A stretch of 64,000 nucleotides of DNA from Macrostomum lignano (Eukaryota). The stretch is from contig NIVC01000150.1 in NCBI GenBank assembly GCA_002269645.1, positions 1-64,000 on the forward strand. Reading direction: 5' to 3'. The notes below the pieces were generated by a model. It was not told the DNA's origin. It made no database searches and worked only from the letters and a program-made list of their open reading frames with translations. Below, one piece after another: positions 48,622-60,803 of this stretch. The translations under genes were made by a program, and so were the position numbers. Every line of letters starts with the position of its first letter. Position 1 is the first letter of the stretch.

Positions 48622-49864
48622 TAACTCGGTGACAAGGAACGATAATGGCTCTTTTAGCCACGCAGTTATTTCTGTAAAAAATGGACGCTTCTCTTGCTTT
48701 TGATTTCAATTTTAAGGGAAAGACTTACGCAAAATATATTTTTGCGTTTTGATGGCTATGGTCCATCCAATCTTTTAGTTCCGTGTTCGATGGTGAGTAC
48801 ATCTGAGAATTTCTGAATGAGTAAATCTTGATTTTGCTGGTTTTTTTAATTTTGACAAGTCGGAACTTACTGAGCTTTGAACCCAAGTCGCTCTCTTTGA
48901 CCAGCCATGGAATTCCAATCTCAAAAAGCCATTCTATCAGTGAAAATCAAAGGTACTCCTCAAGACATCTCAATTAACTATTGACAATCTACTACCAATA
49001 ATAATTCATACTATTGTAGTCGGCATATTCATTTAGCTCATGCTAATCAAAAGCTGCCACAAGTTATTGAAGCTTTTTTCTGCACACTTGACTGTCTCAT
49101 GTCCAGACATGAATTGAAGTACAAGTGCACGAAACTTCAACAGCTCTGCACCTGCTAATAACTCATAGTCTCTAATTCAACTATATGGAATACTATAAGA
49201 TCTGAATTCTGGACAATCAGGTTCTATGAGACCAGCTACCGTTTGCAATCCGGATTTCTCGACGCAGCAGTCCATGCCTCATTAGATTAGATTACTTCCG
49301 TACTCTCATCGTTTGCTTGCCGGACTCACCTGTCCGCTAGACGGATGAGCGTGCAGAGCGACCTCGTGGGGAAGAGACTCAAAGCAATAGAGGGGGTCGA
49401 GCTAGAGACAGAGAGCCAACGCGGGAAGGGCGTGGCCACAAAGGTGATGAAAATCTCTGGAGCAGTAGAAAATGCAGCCAGTCTCCCCTAACTCTCAGTC
49501 TCATTTGTCTGTGCAGTTGGCTGTGTCACTGAGAGACCGTGTAGCGATTTCAAATTTTGCCCCCGGGGATGGGGGGGCAGTGGATTGGCTCATTCGAGCC
49601 TGACTAGTGCACACGTACTGATTAGGCTTCATAATCCTGCGCTGTCCTGGCAATGGCAACTCGCAGTAATTATTAGTTTACGCCTTCTTGACTAACAACA
49701 ACAACAACTGCGATTCATTGGACTGGCTTGAAATCAAAGAAGCAACAGCAGGTTAATCATCATTAAGCAACTAGCCTGGGGCGGTTTTCCTTTGAGCTTA
49801 AAAGCAAAGTCGAGTCAGTGATTATCGCGAATCCCCATCCTGCCTAGTGATTAGCGCCCGAGCC

Positions 49865-52800
49865 ATGTCCTACTCATATTCCAACGGGCGCGCCAGCGTC
49901 CTCGACATGCGGAGCAGCAGCGCAGCTTCCGTTGCAAACGGCATAGCCCCAGCCTTGGTCGCACGCTCGAGCACGTCAATGGTATCCAGCGCTAACTCGG
50001 ACACAAAGGGCCGCATCCAGGTGATTCTGGACACCCAGACGGCCTGCAGACAGGCGCTTGAGGTGGCCAAAATGCTGGCAGTGATCAGCATTCCGGTGAT
50101 AGCGGCTCTGTCCATTGGCACTGTCGGTTTGACGAGGGCATCGAGCACGTTCTCGCAGAGTCAGCGGGCTCAGGTGTCACTGACAGGTGAGTTTGAGATC
50201 TGCTGGCAATCTTATCGACTAAATTTATCTGTAATACTCAGAGATCCGATCAAGTCGTCTTTCTTCGCGAAGGACTTACTTGACTTTTTTGCAGGGGATG
50301 CTCCGGGCATCCGGGTGCAGCGGGGAGGCGTCACCGCCCATTCGACTGACCCCTGACAACCACGGGCAGCTGCGGTGTCGGGCAGGGAGATCCAGGACTG
50401 CCGGAGAGTCCAAGAGAGGCGAAGAGGCGGTTGGTTACTCGTCCGGTAGGCCTTAGGTAGCTAGCCGGAAAAGAGATCCGGATTGAAAGCAGGGCATTCA
50501 CAGATGAAGCGCTCAACACCGGAGAGGCAGAATGGGCGATGCCATTGACCTGAGACCATCATCGCGGCTACCGCCCTGATGCCCTTGCGGTTGAATCCAA
50601 GCAGGACCCAGGCGGGAGAGTGACAGGGAACGCATGGGGTTTTGCCATAAACAAAAATTCACTCGAGAAAATTCCGATTAGGCGTCCGCATCCTTGTACT
50701 TCAAATGTTCATACGTGCAGTCGTCATGAAGGGTGATTAATTCAAAGCGTCATTCAATAGGGAGCGCCATTTCATTCTTTGCCCGATACCGCGCAGCCTT
50801 CTAATTCTTAATATTCTCAATTCTCAAAATGCTCACTCCACTTCTCAGGCAACATGGACATGAGCAAACTGGTCGGCAGCCTGCAGATCGAGCGCGGCCT
50901 GACGGCAACCTTCCTGGCCTCGAACGGCACCGACATGGTGTTTTATCAGCGCATCAAAAATCAACGAGTTATTTCGGATGCCGCTCTTGAGGGCATGAGC
51001 ATCTGGCCTCCCATTGAGTACTTTTACTATAGCAACACCAGCAGCGGTTATACTGTGCCCATCAGGCCGCTCTACACCAAAGCTGACATGGCCGCCAACC
51101 TGGCTTGGTTCCGGCGTCGAGTCGACACCATGTGAGTTCCTTGATGCAGGGTGAGATTGTGACATGCTGAGATCATCATTACTTGGGGTAAGATTGTGAG
51201 ACCACATCACTTGGGGTGAGATTGTGAGACCATCATCACTTGGGGCGAGATTGTGAGACCACATCACTTGGGGTAAGATTGTGAGACCATTATCACTTGG
51301 GACGAGATTGTGAGACCATTATCACTTGGGGTGAGATTGTGAGACCATCATCACTTGGGGTGAGATTATGGGACCATCACCACTTGGGGTGAGATTGTGA
51401 GACCATCATCACTTGGGACGAGATTATGGGACCATCACCACTTGGGGTGAGATTGTGAGACCATCATCACTTGGGGTGAGATTGTGAGACCATCATCACT
51501 TGGGGGTGAGATTGTGAGATTGTGAGACCATCATCACTTGGGGTGAGATTGTGGGACCATCACCACTTGGGGTGAGATTGTGAGATGCTGAGATCATCAT
51601 CACTGGGGGTGAGATTCTGAGATTCTGAGACCATCATCCATCGGGGTGAGTTTCTATGATCGCAAAAACACAAGTGAGATAATTATTAGGGAATTAATTC
51701 TTAGAGATGTAAGTTTTTTATGACGTCCTTTTTCGCAAAGAAAACTATTAAACCTTCCTCATTTCAGTGCTCACGAAATGCAAACAATTGACTCGCCGGA
51801 CTTTTACACTCCCTTCATCAACATGCTGATGGACTGGGGCGACAGCACCGCCATTTTCCCTCCGGGCAGCAAGCTCTGGACTCAAATGCTGGCCTTTTCA
51901 GCCATTCTGCGAGTCACCGAGGCTATCGGACTGCAGCGAGCCCTGGGCTCGTCTTGGTTCATCAACTGCCACCTGCCGCCCGAACTTTTCAGAGTGGGTT
52001 TTGATAGGCCGGCATGCGGTAGCCGAACTTATTTATTTAAAACGTTTACGAGACTGTACAGTCACAATTATGGGTAATGTACATCCCCACAACGGGATGT
52101 ACATTCGGAATCTTCCTACCCCACAACGGGATATGTACATTCGGAAAGAAATCTTTCTACCCCACAACGGGATGTACATTCGGAATCTTCCTACCCCACA
52201 ACGGGATATGTACATTCGGAAAGAAATCTTCCTACCCCACAACGGGATGTACATTCGGAACGAAATCTTTCTACCCCAAAACGGGATGTACCTTCGGAAT
52301 CTTCCTACCCCACAATGCGATGTACCTTCGGAATCTTCCTACCCCACAACGGGATGTACATTCGGAATCTTCCTACCCCACAACGGGATGTACATTCGGA
52401 AATAAATCTTCCTACCCACAACGGGATGTACATTCGGAAAGAAATCTTCCTACCCCACAACGGGATGTACATTCAGAAAGAAATCTTTCTACCCCACAAC
52501 GGGATGTACATTCGGAACGAAATCTTTCTACCCCAAAACAGGATGTACATTTGGAATCTTCCTACCCCACAACGGGATGTACAATCGGAATCTTCCTACC
52601 CCACAACGGGACGTACAATCGGAATCTTCCTACCCCACAACGGGATGTACATTTGGAATCTTCCTAACCACAACGGGATGTAAAATCGGAATCTTCCTAC
52701 CCCACAACGGGATGTACAATCGGAATCTTCTACCCCACAACGGGATGTGCATTCGGAAATAAATCTTTCTACCCCACAACGGGATGTACAATCGGAATCT

Positions 52801-55800
52801 TCCTACCCCACAACGGGATGTTACATTCGGAAATAAATATAATTACAATAATTAAATTCACACGATAAACAAGAATCTTGAATAGTACTGAAGCAACCCT
52901 CAATTCACCCGCAGTACTTTCTGCGCCTCTACGGAACTCAACTAACTGAGTACGACATTGGCAGGGGCTATTGCGCCTCTTGCATCAGCGAGTTCGAGAC
53001 GGTTTACATGAACACCGCCAATTTAGACAGCAATTTAACATTGAAACGGGCAATGATGCTGAACAGCAGCTTCATCGATTATTGCAACACACAGGAGCAG
53101 CAATTCCGAAGCGTGCTGGCTCAGGGCTGGTTTGACAATACCACTGTGCTCATAAATCTCTTCGTTCAGGTGAGTCGCTTGAGATTTGAATGAAATTGTG
53201 CCACATCTCAAATGAAATGGCGCCACATCTCAAATGAAATGGCGCCACATCTCAAATGAAATGGCGCCACATCTCAAATGAAATAGCGCCACATCTCAAA
53301 TGAAATGGCGCCACATCTCAAATGAAATGGCGCCACATCTCAAATGAAATGGCGCCACATCTCAAATGAAATGGCGCCACATCTCAAATGAAATGGCGCC
53401 ACATCTCAAATGAAATGGCACCAATTCTAATATGAAATAGCGCCACCTCTCAAATGAAATGGCGCCACATCTCAAATGAAACGGCGCCAATTCTAATATG
53501 AAATAGCGCCACATCTCAAATGAAATGGCGCCACATCTCAAATGAAATGGCGCCAATTCTAATATGAAATAGCGCCACCCCTCAAAGTAAATGGCGCCCT
53601 CAAAGAGGCGGTCCTAACTACCCCTCAATAAAAATCTCTAGCTGCACTTCTGGCCTAATTAGATGTCGGTCGCGCCTGTTCTAATAAGGAATCTTAATCT
53701 AGAAAATAATTACAGGAAAAAAGCCTCAGCAGGAGATGCATTTCTACTTTCAAAGAAGACGAACGATGCTCGTTGAGCTGATCCGTTTAATTAAGGCTTT
53801 GAGTTAATTGAAATGCAACTAAGCTTATTGATTAAATAAATTCAAATTCCAAGCACACGTTTAATCCCTAGAGAATTAGAAGTTGCTTAATTAGAAGACC
53901 CACTATGCACACAATCCGCAGGTGCGGAACTCCGTCTCGGACTCGATAGTTAGTCAGCTCAAAGCTTCTGTTAACGAGGCCAGAATGAACTTAATCGTGT
54001 TCTCCACTCTGTTCATCATCGTGACGATTCTGTGTGTCAGCCTCACCGTGTGGTACGCCTCCACCATCAGAGCCATGGGCCAGATGATTCTCACCTATGC
54101 CGTAAAACTGCGAAAGAAAATTAAAGCGTTGCAGGTGAGAGATGGCTCCTGCCACTTTTAATGTAATCAGGATGTGATTGCGGTGATCGAATTTTCCATA
54201 ATCCAACCCTGATTCCTAGATGAAAGCCCTCATCCTATATACCGAAAACATGGAATCTCAAGCATTAATAGCTAGTTTATCCACGTAACTACTTTTTCAT
54301 TGGAATTCAAAACTTTCTGATGATCCCAGATCCAATCCCGAGATCCCATCTCCGATCTCGAGATTCTATCTCCAATCCTATGATCCCATCTCTAATCCGA
54401 TATCCCATCTCCAATCCTGACATCCCATCTCCATTCCTGAGATCCCATCTCTAATCCAATATCCCATCTCTAATCCGATATCCCATCTCCAATCCTGAGA
54501 TCTCATCTCCAATCCTCAGTTTACATATCCAATTCCGAGATCCCATATTCAATCCCCAGTTCACATCTTTAATCCCGAGATCCCATCTCCAGTCCCGAGA
54601 TCCGAACTCCAGTCCTTAGATCCTATCTCTTCAATCCGAGATCCCATCTCCAATCTCGAGATTCCATCTCCAACCCTGAGATCCTATCTCCAATCCCGAG
54701 ATCCCATCTCCAATCTCGAGATTCCATCTCCAACCCTGAGATCCCATCTCCAATCCCGAGATCCCATCTCCAGTCCCGAGATCCGAACTCCAGTCCTTAG
54801 ATCCTATCTCTTCAATCCGAGATCCCATCTCCAATCTCGAGATTCCATCTCCAACCCTGAGATCCTATCTCCAATCCCGAGATCCCATCTCCAATCTCGA
54901 GATTCCATCTCCAACCCTGAGATCCCATCTCCAATCCCGAGATCCCATCTCCAGTCCCGAGATCCGAACTCCAGTCCTTAGATCCTATCTCTTCAATCCG
55001 AGATCCCATCTCCAATCCCGAGATCCCATCTCCAGTCCCGAGATCCGAACTCCAGTCCTTAGATCCTATCTCCAATCCCGAGATCCCATCTCCAATCTCG
55101 AGATTCCATCTCCAACCCTGAGATCCTATCTCCAATCCCGAGATCCCATCTCCAATCTCGAGATTCCATCTCCAACCCTGAGATCCTATCTCCAATCCCG
55201 AGATCCCATCTCCAATTCCGAGATCCCATCTCTCCAATCCGAGATCCCATCTCCAATCTCGGGATCCCATCTCCAGTCCCGAGATCCCATCTCTCCAATC
55301 CGAGATCCCATCTCCAGTCCCGAGATCCCATCTCTAATCCCGAGTTCACATCTCCAACCTTGAGATCTCATCTTCAATCCCGAGATCCCAGCTCCAAGCC
55401 CTAAACCCCACCTCCAATCCCGAGATCCCATCTCCAATCTCGAGATTCCATCTCCAATTCCGAGATCCCATCTCTCCAATCCGAGATCCCATCTCCAATT
55501 CCGAGATCCCATCTCTCCAATCCGAGATCCCATCTCCAATCTCGGGATCCCATCTCCAGTCCCGAGATCCCATCTCTCCAATCCGAGATCCCATCTCCAG
55601 TCCCGAGATCCCATCTCTAATCCCGAGTTCACATCTCCAACCTTGAGATCTCATCTTCAATCCCGAGATCCCAGCTCCAAGCCCTAAACCCCACCTCCAA
55701 TCCCGAGATCCCATCTCCAATCTCGAGATTCCATCTCCAATTCCGAGATCCCATCTCTCCAATCCGAGATCCCATCTCCAATTCCGAGATCCCATCTCTC

Positions 55801-58800
55801 CAATCCGAGATCCCATCTCCAATCCCGAGTTCACATCTCCAACCTTGAGATCTCATCTTCAGTCCCGAGATCCCACCTCCAATCCCGAGATCCGAACTCC
55901 AAACTTGCAGGTCAGAACTTCAATGGTACACACAATAGCAGCCAGGAAAATGAATTCAAAGAGTTTATTAAGCTAAATGAGCCAAACTGACTCCCACGTC
56001 CCTACAGGTCGAGAAGAAGCGCACAGAGACGCTGCTGTTCCAGATGCTGCCTCGGACGGTGGCCGACCAGCTAACCAAGGGCCTCACGGTGGAACCTGAG
56101 ACGTTCCAGTGCGTCAGCATCTACTTCAGCGACATCGTCAGCTTCACTGTGATCTCGTCAAGCATCTCACCGATGGAGGTTATCGACCTGCTCAATAGTC
56201 TCTACTCGTAAGCCTTGTATGAGATCTCGCTTGGGATTCGGGATCTCGGGATTGGAGATGGGATCTCGAGATTGAAGATGGGATCTCGGATTGGAGAGAT
56301 GGGATCTCGGAATTGGAGATAGGATCTCAGGATTGGAGATGGGATCTTGGGATCGGGGATGGGATCAAAGAATTGGAGATGGGATCTCGGGATTGTAGAT
56401 GGGATCTCAAGACTGTAGATGGGATGTAGGGATTTGAGATGGGATCTCAGGATAAGAGATAAGATCTCAGGGTTGGAGATGGAATCTCAGGATTGAAGAC
56501 GTGATTTAGGGATTGGAGATGGGATCAAAGGGTTGAAGATGGGATGTAGGGATTGGAGATGGGATCTCAGTATTGGAGATGGGATCTCGATATTGGAGAT
56601 AGGATCTCAGTATTGGAGAGGGGATCTCAGGATTGGAGATGAGATCTTGGGATTGGAGATGGGATCTTGGGATTGGAAATGAGATCTCAGGATTGTAGAT
56701 GGAATCTCAGGATTGTAGATGGGATGTAGGGATTGGAGATGGGATCTCGGGATTGTGGATGTTATTTGGGGATTGGAGATGGGATCTCGGGATTAAAGAT
56801 AGGATCTCGGGATTGTAGATTTTGACCTTGGGATTCTATGGTTCGGTAATTAAGCATCAGAAATTTGAGGAAGACCTCAAAAAGACAGAAAGAGGAAGAC
56901 AGAAAAATAATGGAGCTTCCACTTCTCCATCCGCAGCCTATTCGACAACATAATTGAAATGTACGACGCCTTCAAAGTTGAGACGATCGGCGATGCGTAC
57001 ATGGTGGCCTCGGGAGTGCCCATCAAGAATGGCGATATGCACGCTTGTGAGCCTCTGTGTAGTTGCCGGGGGACTCCCGATGGGATAAAGGACTGCGAGA
57101 TTTGCTAGAAGATTAGTATCATTGGGAGAGGCAGATAGGGAGATGCAGGCAGAGAGGCAGGCAGGGAGATGCAGGCAGGGAGAGGCAGGGAGAGGCAGGC
57201 AGGGAGAGGCAGGCAGGGAGAGGCAGGGAGAGGCAGGCAGGGAGAGGCAGGAGGGAGAGGCAGGGAGAGGCAGGCAGGGAGAGGCAGGGAGAGGCAGGCA
57301 GGGAGAGGCAGGGAGAGGCAGGCAGGGAGAGGCAGGCAGGGAGAGGCAGGCAGGGAGAGGCAGGCAGGGAGAGGCAGGCAGGGAGAGGCAGGCAGGGAGA
57401 GGCAGGGAGAGGCAGGCAGGGAGAGGCAGGCAGGGAGAGGCAGGGAGAGGCAGGCAGGGAGAGGCAGGAGGGAGAGGCAGGGAGAGGCAGGCAGGGAGAG
57501 GCAGGGAGAGGCAGGCAGGGAGAGGCAGGCAGGGAGAGGCAGGCAGGGAGAGGCAGGCAGGGAGAGGCAGGCAGGGAGAGGCAGGCAGGGAGAGGCAGGC
57601 AGGGAGAGGCAGGCAGGGAGAGGCAGGCAGGGAGAGGCAGGCAGGGAGAGGCAGGCAGGGAGAGGCAGGCAGGGAGAGGCAGGCAGGGAGAGGCAGGCAG
57701 GGAGAGGCAGGCAGGGAGAGGCAGGCAGGGAGAGGCAGGCAGGGAGAGGCAGGCAGGGAGAGGCAGGCAGGGAGAGGCAGGCAGGGAGAGGCAGGCAGGG
57801 AGAGGCAGGGAGAGGCAGGCAGGGAGAGGCAGGGAGAGGCAGGCAGGGAGAGGCAGGCAGGGAGAGGCAGGCAGGGAGAGGCAGGCAGGGAGAGGCAGGC
57901 AGGGAGAGGCAGGCAGGGAGAGGCAGGCAGGGAGAGGCAGGCAGGGAGAGGCAGGCAGGGAGAGGCAGGGAGAGGCAGGCAGGGAGAGGCAGGGAGAGGC
58001 AGGCAGGGAGAGGCAGGCAGGGAGAGGCAGGGAGAGGCAGGCAGGGAGAGGCAGGGAGAGGCAGGCAGGGAGAGGCAGGGAGAGGCAGGCAGGGAGAGGC
58101 AGGCAGGGAGAGGCAGGCAGGGAGAGGCAGGCAGGGAGAGGCAGGCAGGGAGAGGCAGGCAGGGAGAGGCAGGCAGGGAGAGGCAGGCAGGGAGAGGCAG
58201 GCAGGGAGAGGCAGGCAGGGAGAGGCAGGCAGGGAGAGGCAGGCAGGGAGAGGCAGGCAGGGAGAGGCAGGCAGGGAGAGGCAGGCAGGGAGAGGCAGGC
58301 AGGGAGAGGCAGTCAGGGAGAGGCAGGCAGGGAGAGGCAGGCAGGGAGAGGCAGGCAGGGAGAGGCAGGCAGGGAGAGGCAGGCAGGGAGAGGCAGGCAG
58401 GGAGAGGCAGGCAGGGAGAGGCAGGCAGGGAGAGGCAGGCAGGGAGAGGCAGGCAGGGAGAGGCAGGCAGGGAGAGGCAGGCAGGGAGAGGCAGGCAGGG
58501 AGAGGCAGGCAGGGAGAGGCAGGCAGGGAGAGGCAGGCAGGGAGAGGCAGTCAGGGAGAGGCAGGCAGGGAGAGGCAGGCAGGGAGAGGCAGGGAGAGGC
58601 AGGCAGGGAGAGGCAGGGAGAGGCAGGCAGGGAGAGGCAGACAGGGAGAGGCAGGCAGGGAGAGGCAGACAGGGAGAGGCAGGCAGGGAGAGGCAGGCAG
58701 GGAGAGGCAGGCAGGGAGAGGCAGGCAGGGAGATGCAGGCAGAGAGAGGCAGGCAGGGAGATGCAGGCAGGGAGAGGCAGGCTGATTAATCAATATGCCA

Positions 58801-60285
58801 CTATAGTATTCATCTATTCGGGATAATTTTCCCTTCGCAGCGGAGATCGCCTCAGTGGCGCTGGACATTCGCGACGCAATGATGGAATTTTCCACCGGAG
58901 CCCTGGAAAAAGGCCGCGTGAAAATTCGCATTGGGATTCACTCAGGTGAAAAAATCATTTTGATTCAAAGTACCATCTGCTATTGGCTAATATTGGCTGA
59001 TTTAATTTTTCAGGAGCCGTGGTTGCCGGGATTGTGGGCACCAAGATGCCGCGCTACTGTCTTTTTGGCGAGACGGTGCACATCGCCAACTGCATGGAGT
59101 CCACCGGGCAGCGTAGGAAAAAAATTGCAATAAAATGCTCTAGTATTACTATAAGTATGAGACGAGTTTTTTTCACAATTTTTTTTCAGCATCGAAAGTC
59201 CAGATTAGCGAGCGAACTTTCGCCCTGTTGGAGATCACCAACCAGTTTGAGCTGGAATTTCGCGGCGAAGTCGAAGTTCAGGTAGGAAAAAATGATTCAG
59301 ATTTTCGACAACGTTTCTCAGAAATTTCCTGTGCCTACGAACGTATTGCAGCGGCGAGATAAGGACTAAATTTCCGTTTTTAGCACTAAATTTACAACTT
59401 ATTACTCTCTGGACTTTGAGATTGCAGATTGAGCAATCTAGGATTCCCTGACTGGGAATCCCTTACTGGGATTCCATTGACTGGGATTTCCCTGACTGGG
59501 ATTAACCTGACTGGGATTCCAGATCATCTGGTTGATTTCCACTGACTGGGATTCCCCTGATAAGGATTCCCCCGATTGGGATTCCACCGACTGGGATTTC
59601 CCTGACTAGAATTGCCCTGACGGGGATTTAACTGACTGGGATTCCACCGACTGGGATTCCACCGACTGGGATTCCACCGACTGGGATTCCACCGACTGGG
59701 ATTCCTCTGACTGGAATCCCATTGACTGGGATTCCACTGACTGGGATTCCCCTGACTAGGATTGCCTTGACTGGGATTCTCCTGATTGGGATTCCCCTGA
59801 CTGGGATTCCCCTGACTGGGATTCCCCTGACTGGGTTTCCACCGACTGGGATTTCCCTGACTAGAACTGCCCTGACGGGGATTTAACTGACTAGGATTGC
59901 CTTGACTGGGATTCTCCTGATTGGGATTCCCCTGACTGGGATTCCCCTGACTGGGATTCCCCTGACTGGGTTTCCACCGACTGGGATTTCCCTGACTAGA
60001 ATTGCCCTGACGGGGATTTAACTGACTGGGATTCCACCGACTGGGATTCCACCGATTGGGATTCCCCTGACTGGGATTGCCCTGACTGGGATTGCCTTGA
60101 CTGGGATTCTCCTGATTGGGATTCCCCTGACTTGGATTCCCTAACTGGGATTCAGTTGACTGGGATTTCTAATTATGCTTCATTTGTCTATGGTTTTTAT
60201 TGAGAATAAATAACCTATTAAACCAATATTTCTTCACTTTTAGGAGAAAAAGATGAAGACTTACTGGCTGCATGGGAAAATTTGA
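49865..60285 (+). CDS. NIT-domain transmembrane guanylyl cyclase (NIT-GC), ~648 aa. Exons 49865-50186, 50849-51131, 51768-51993, 52915-53169, 53922-54134, 56008-56207, 56937-57046, 58841-58945, 59014-59112, 59190-59281, 60244-60285
   Basis: All ten introns GT-AG and phase-compatible. Order: TM1; NIT signature [18 protein letters not shown] / GLQRALG / GWFDNTT; TM2; signalling helix [10 protein letters not shown]; catalytic motifs [37 protein letters not shown]. No kinase-homology domain. Confidence 0.92.
51150..51650. repeat. ~29-bp intronic minisatellite (TTGTGAGACCATCATCACTTGGGGTGAGA), NIT-GC intron 2
   Basis: Visible tandem. Confidence 0.9.
52070..52835. repeat. ~34-bp intronic minisatellite (ACCCCACAACGGGATGTACATTCGGAATCTTCCT), NIT-GC intron 3
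   Basis: Visible tandem with length variants. Confidence 0.9.
53195..53600. repeat. 22-bp intronic minisatellite (GCGCCACATCTCAAATGAAATG), NIT-GC intron 4
   Basis: Visible tandem. Confidence 0.9.
54335..55900 (+). repeat. ~20-bp intronic minisatellite (GAGATCCCATCTCCAATCCC), NIT-GC intron 5
   Basis: Visible tandem with higher-order blocks. Confidence 0.9.
56225..56830 (-). repeat. Same ~20-bp unit in reverse orientation (GGGATTGGAGATGGGATCTC), NIT-GC intron 6
   Basis: Consensus is the exact reverse complement of the intron 5 unit. Confidence 0.88.
57122..58783. repeat. 14-bp intronic minisatellite (GCAGGCAGGGAGAG), NIT-GC intron 7
   Basis: 14-aa periodicity (3 x 14 bp) in the pseudo-ORFs. 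Confidence 0.95.
59440..60170. repeat. 15-bp intronic minisatellite (ACTGGGATTCCCCTG), NIT-GC intron 10
   Basis: Visible tandem. Confidence 0.9.
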
Positions 60286-60803
60286 TGGGATGACGTAATT
60301 CATCTGGATTCGTTGAAAACTGCTATAAAATAATGAAACAGTGGAGCTTTAAGTCGTAATACGCTCGTACACTACTATTTTACACTTTCTAGAGCAGTAG
60401 TATGTAGAATTTTTTGGCCGATCAAGTTTTTTTTTCATTTTTAGGCTCAATAAAACAAGGGATACTATTTTTCAGTTGAATTTTTCTATTTTTAACTTTT
60501 CAATTAGAAGGAAAATTAGTACATGTTTTACTGTACAGTACAGTACAGTTCCGCACGCACTCATGCAGATTTTTAGTACATGTAGCCATTTAGATTTACA
60601 ACTACACGATATTTTGAGAAATACACTGTGAAAATTTGTCTGTTTACCTGCGGGTGAACTTTTCGATGAGAAAAATGTTGAATCACAAAAATAGTTTGCT
60701 TTAATTGTGTCATTTTTTTACAAAAACGTGATGTGCCAGATTGCTTTTATGCTCGTAGATTGATGAGTTAGCAGCTGTTGAGTCAGAAAGGAAAGGCAGC
60801 CAC

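Noticed and set aside
50290-50620. Possible extra NIT-GC exon after acceptor TTTTGCAG, or LINE zinc-knuckle remnant (FICECPAF) on the minus strand
   Set aside because: Inclusion gives an in-frame stop, and exons 1-2 already join in phase; the TE similarity is too short to call.
57122-58789. 555-aa and 538-aa GRQGEA ORFs
   Set aside because: 14-bp array inside NIT-GC intron 7.
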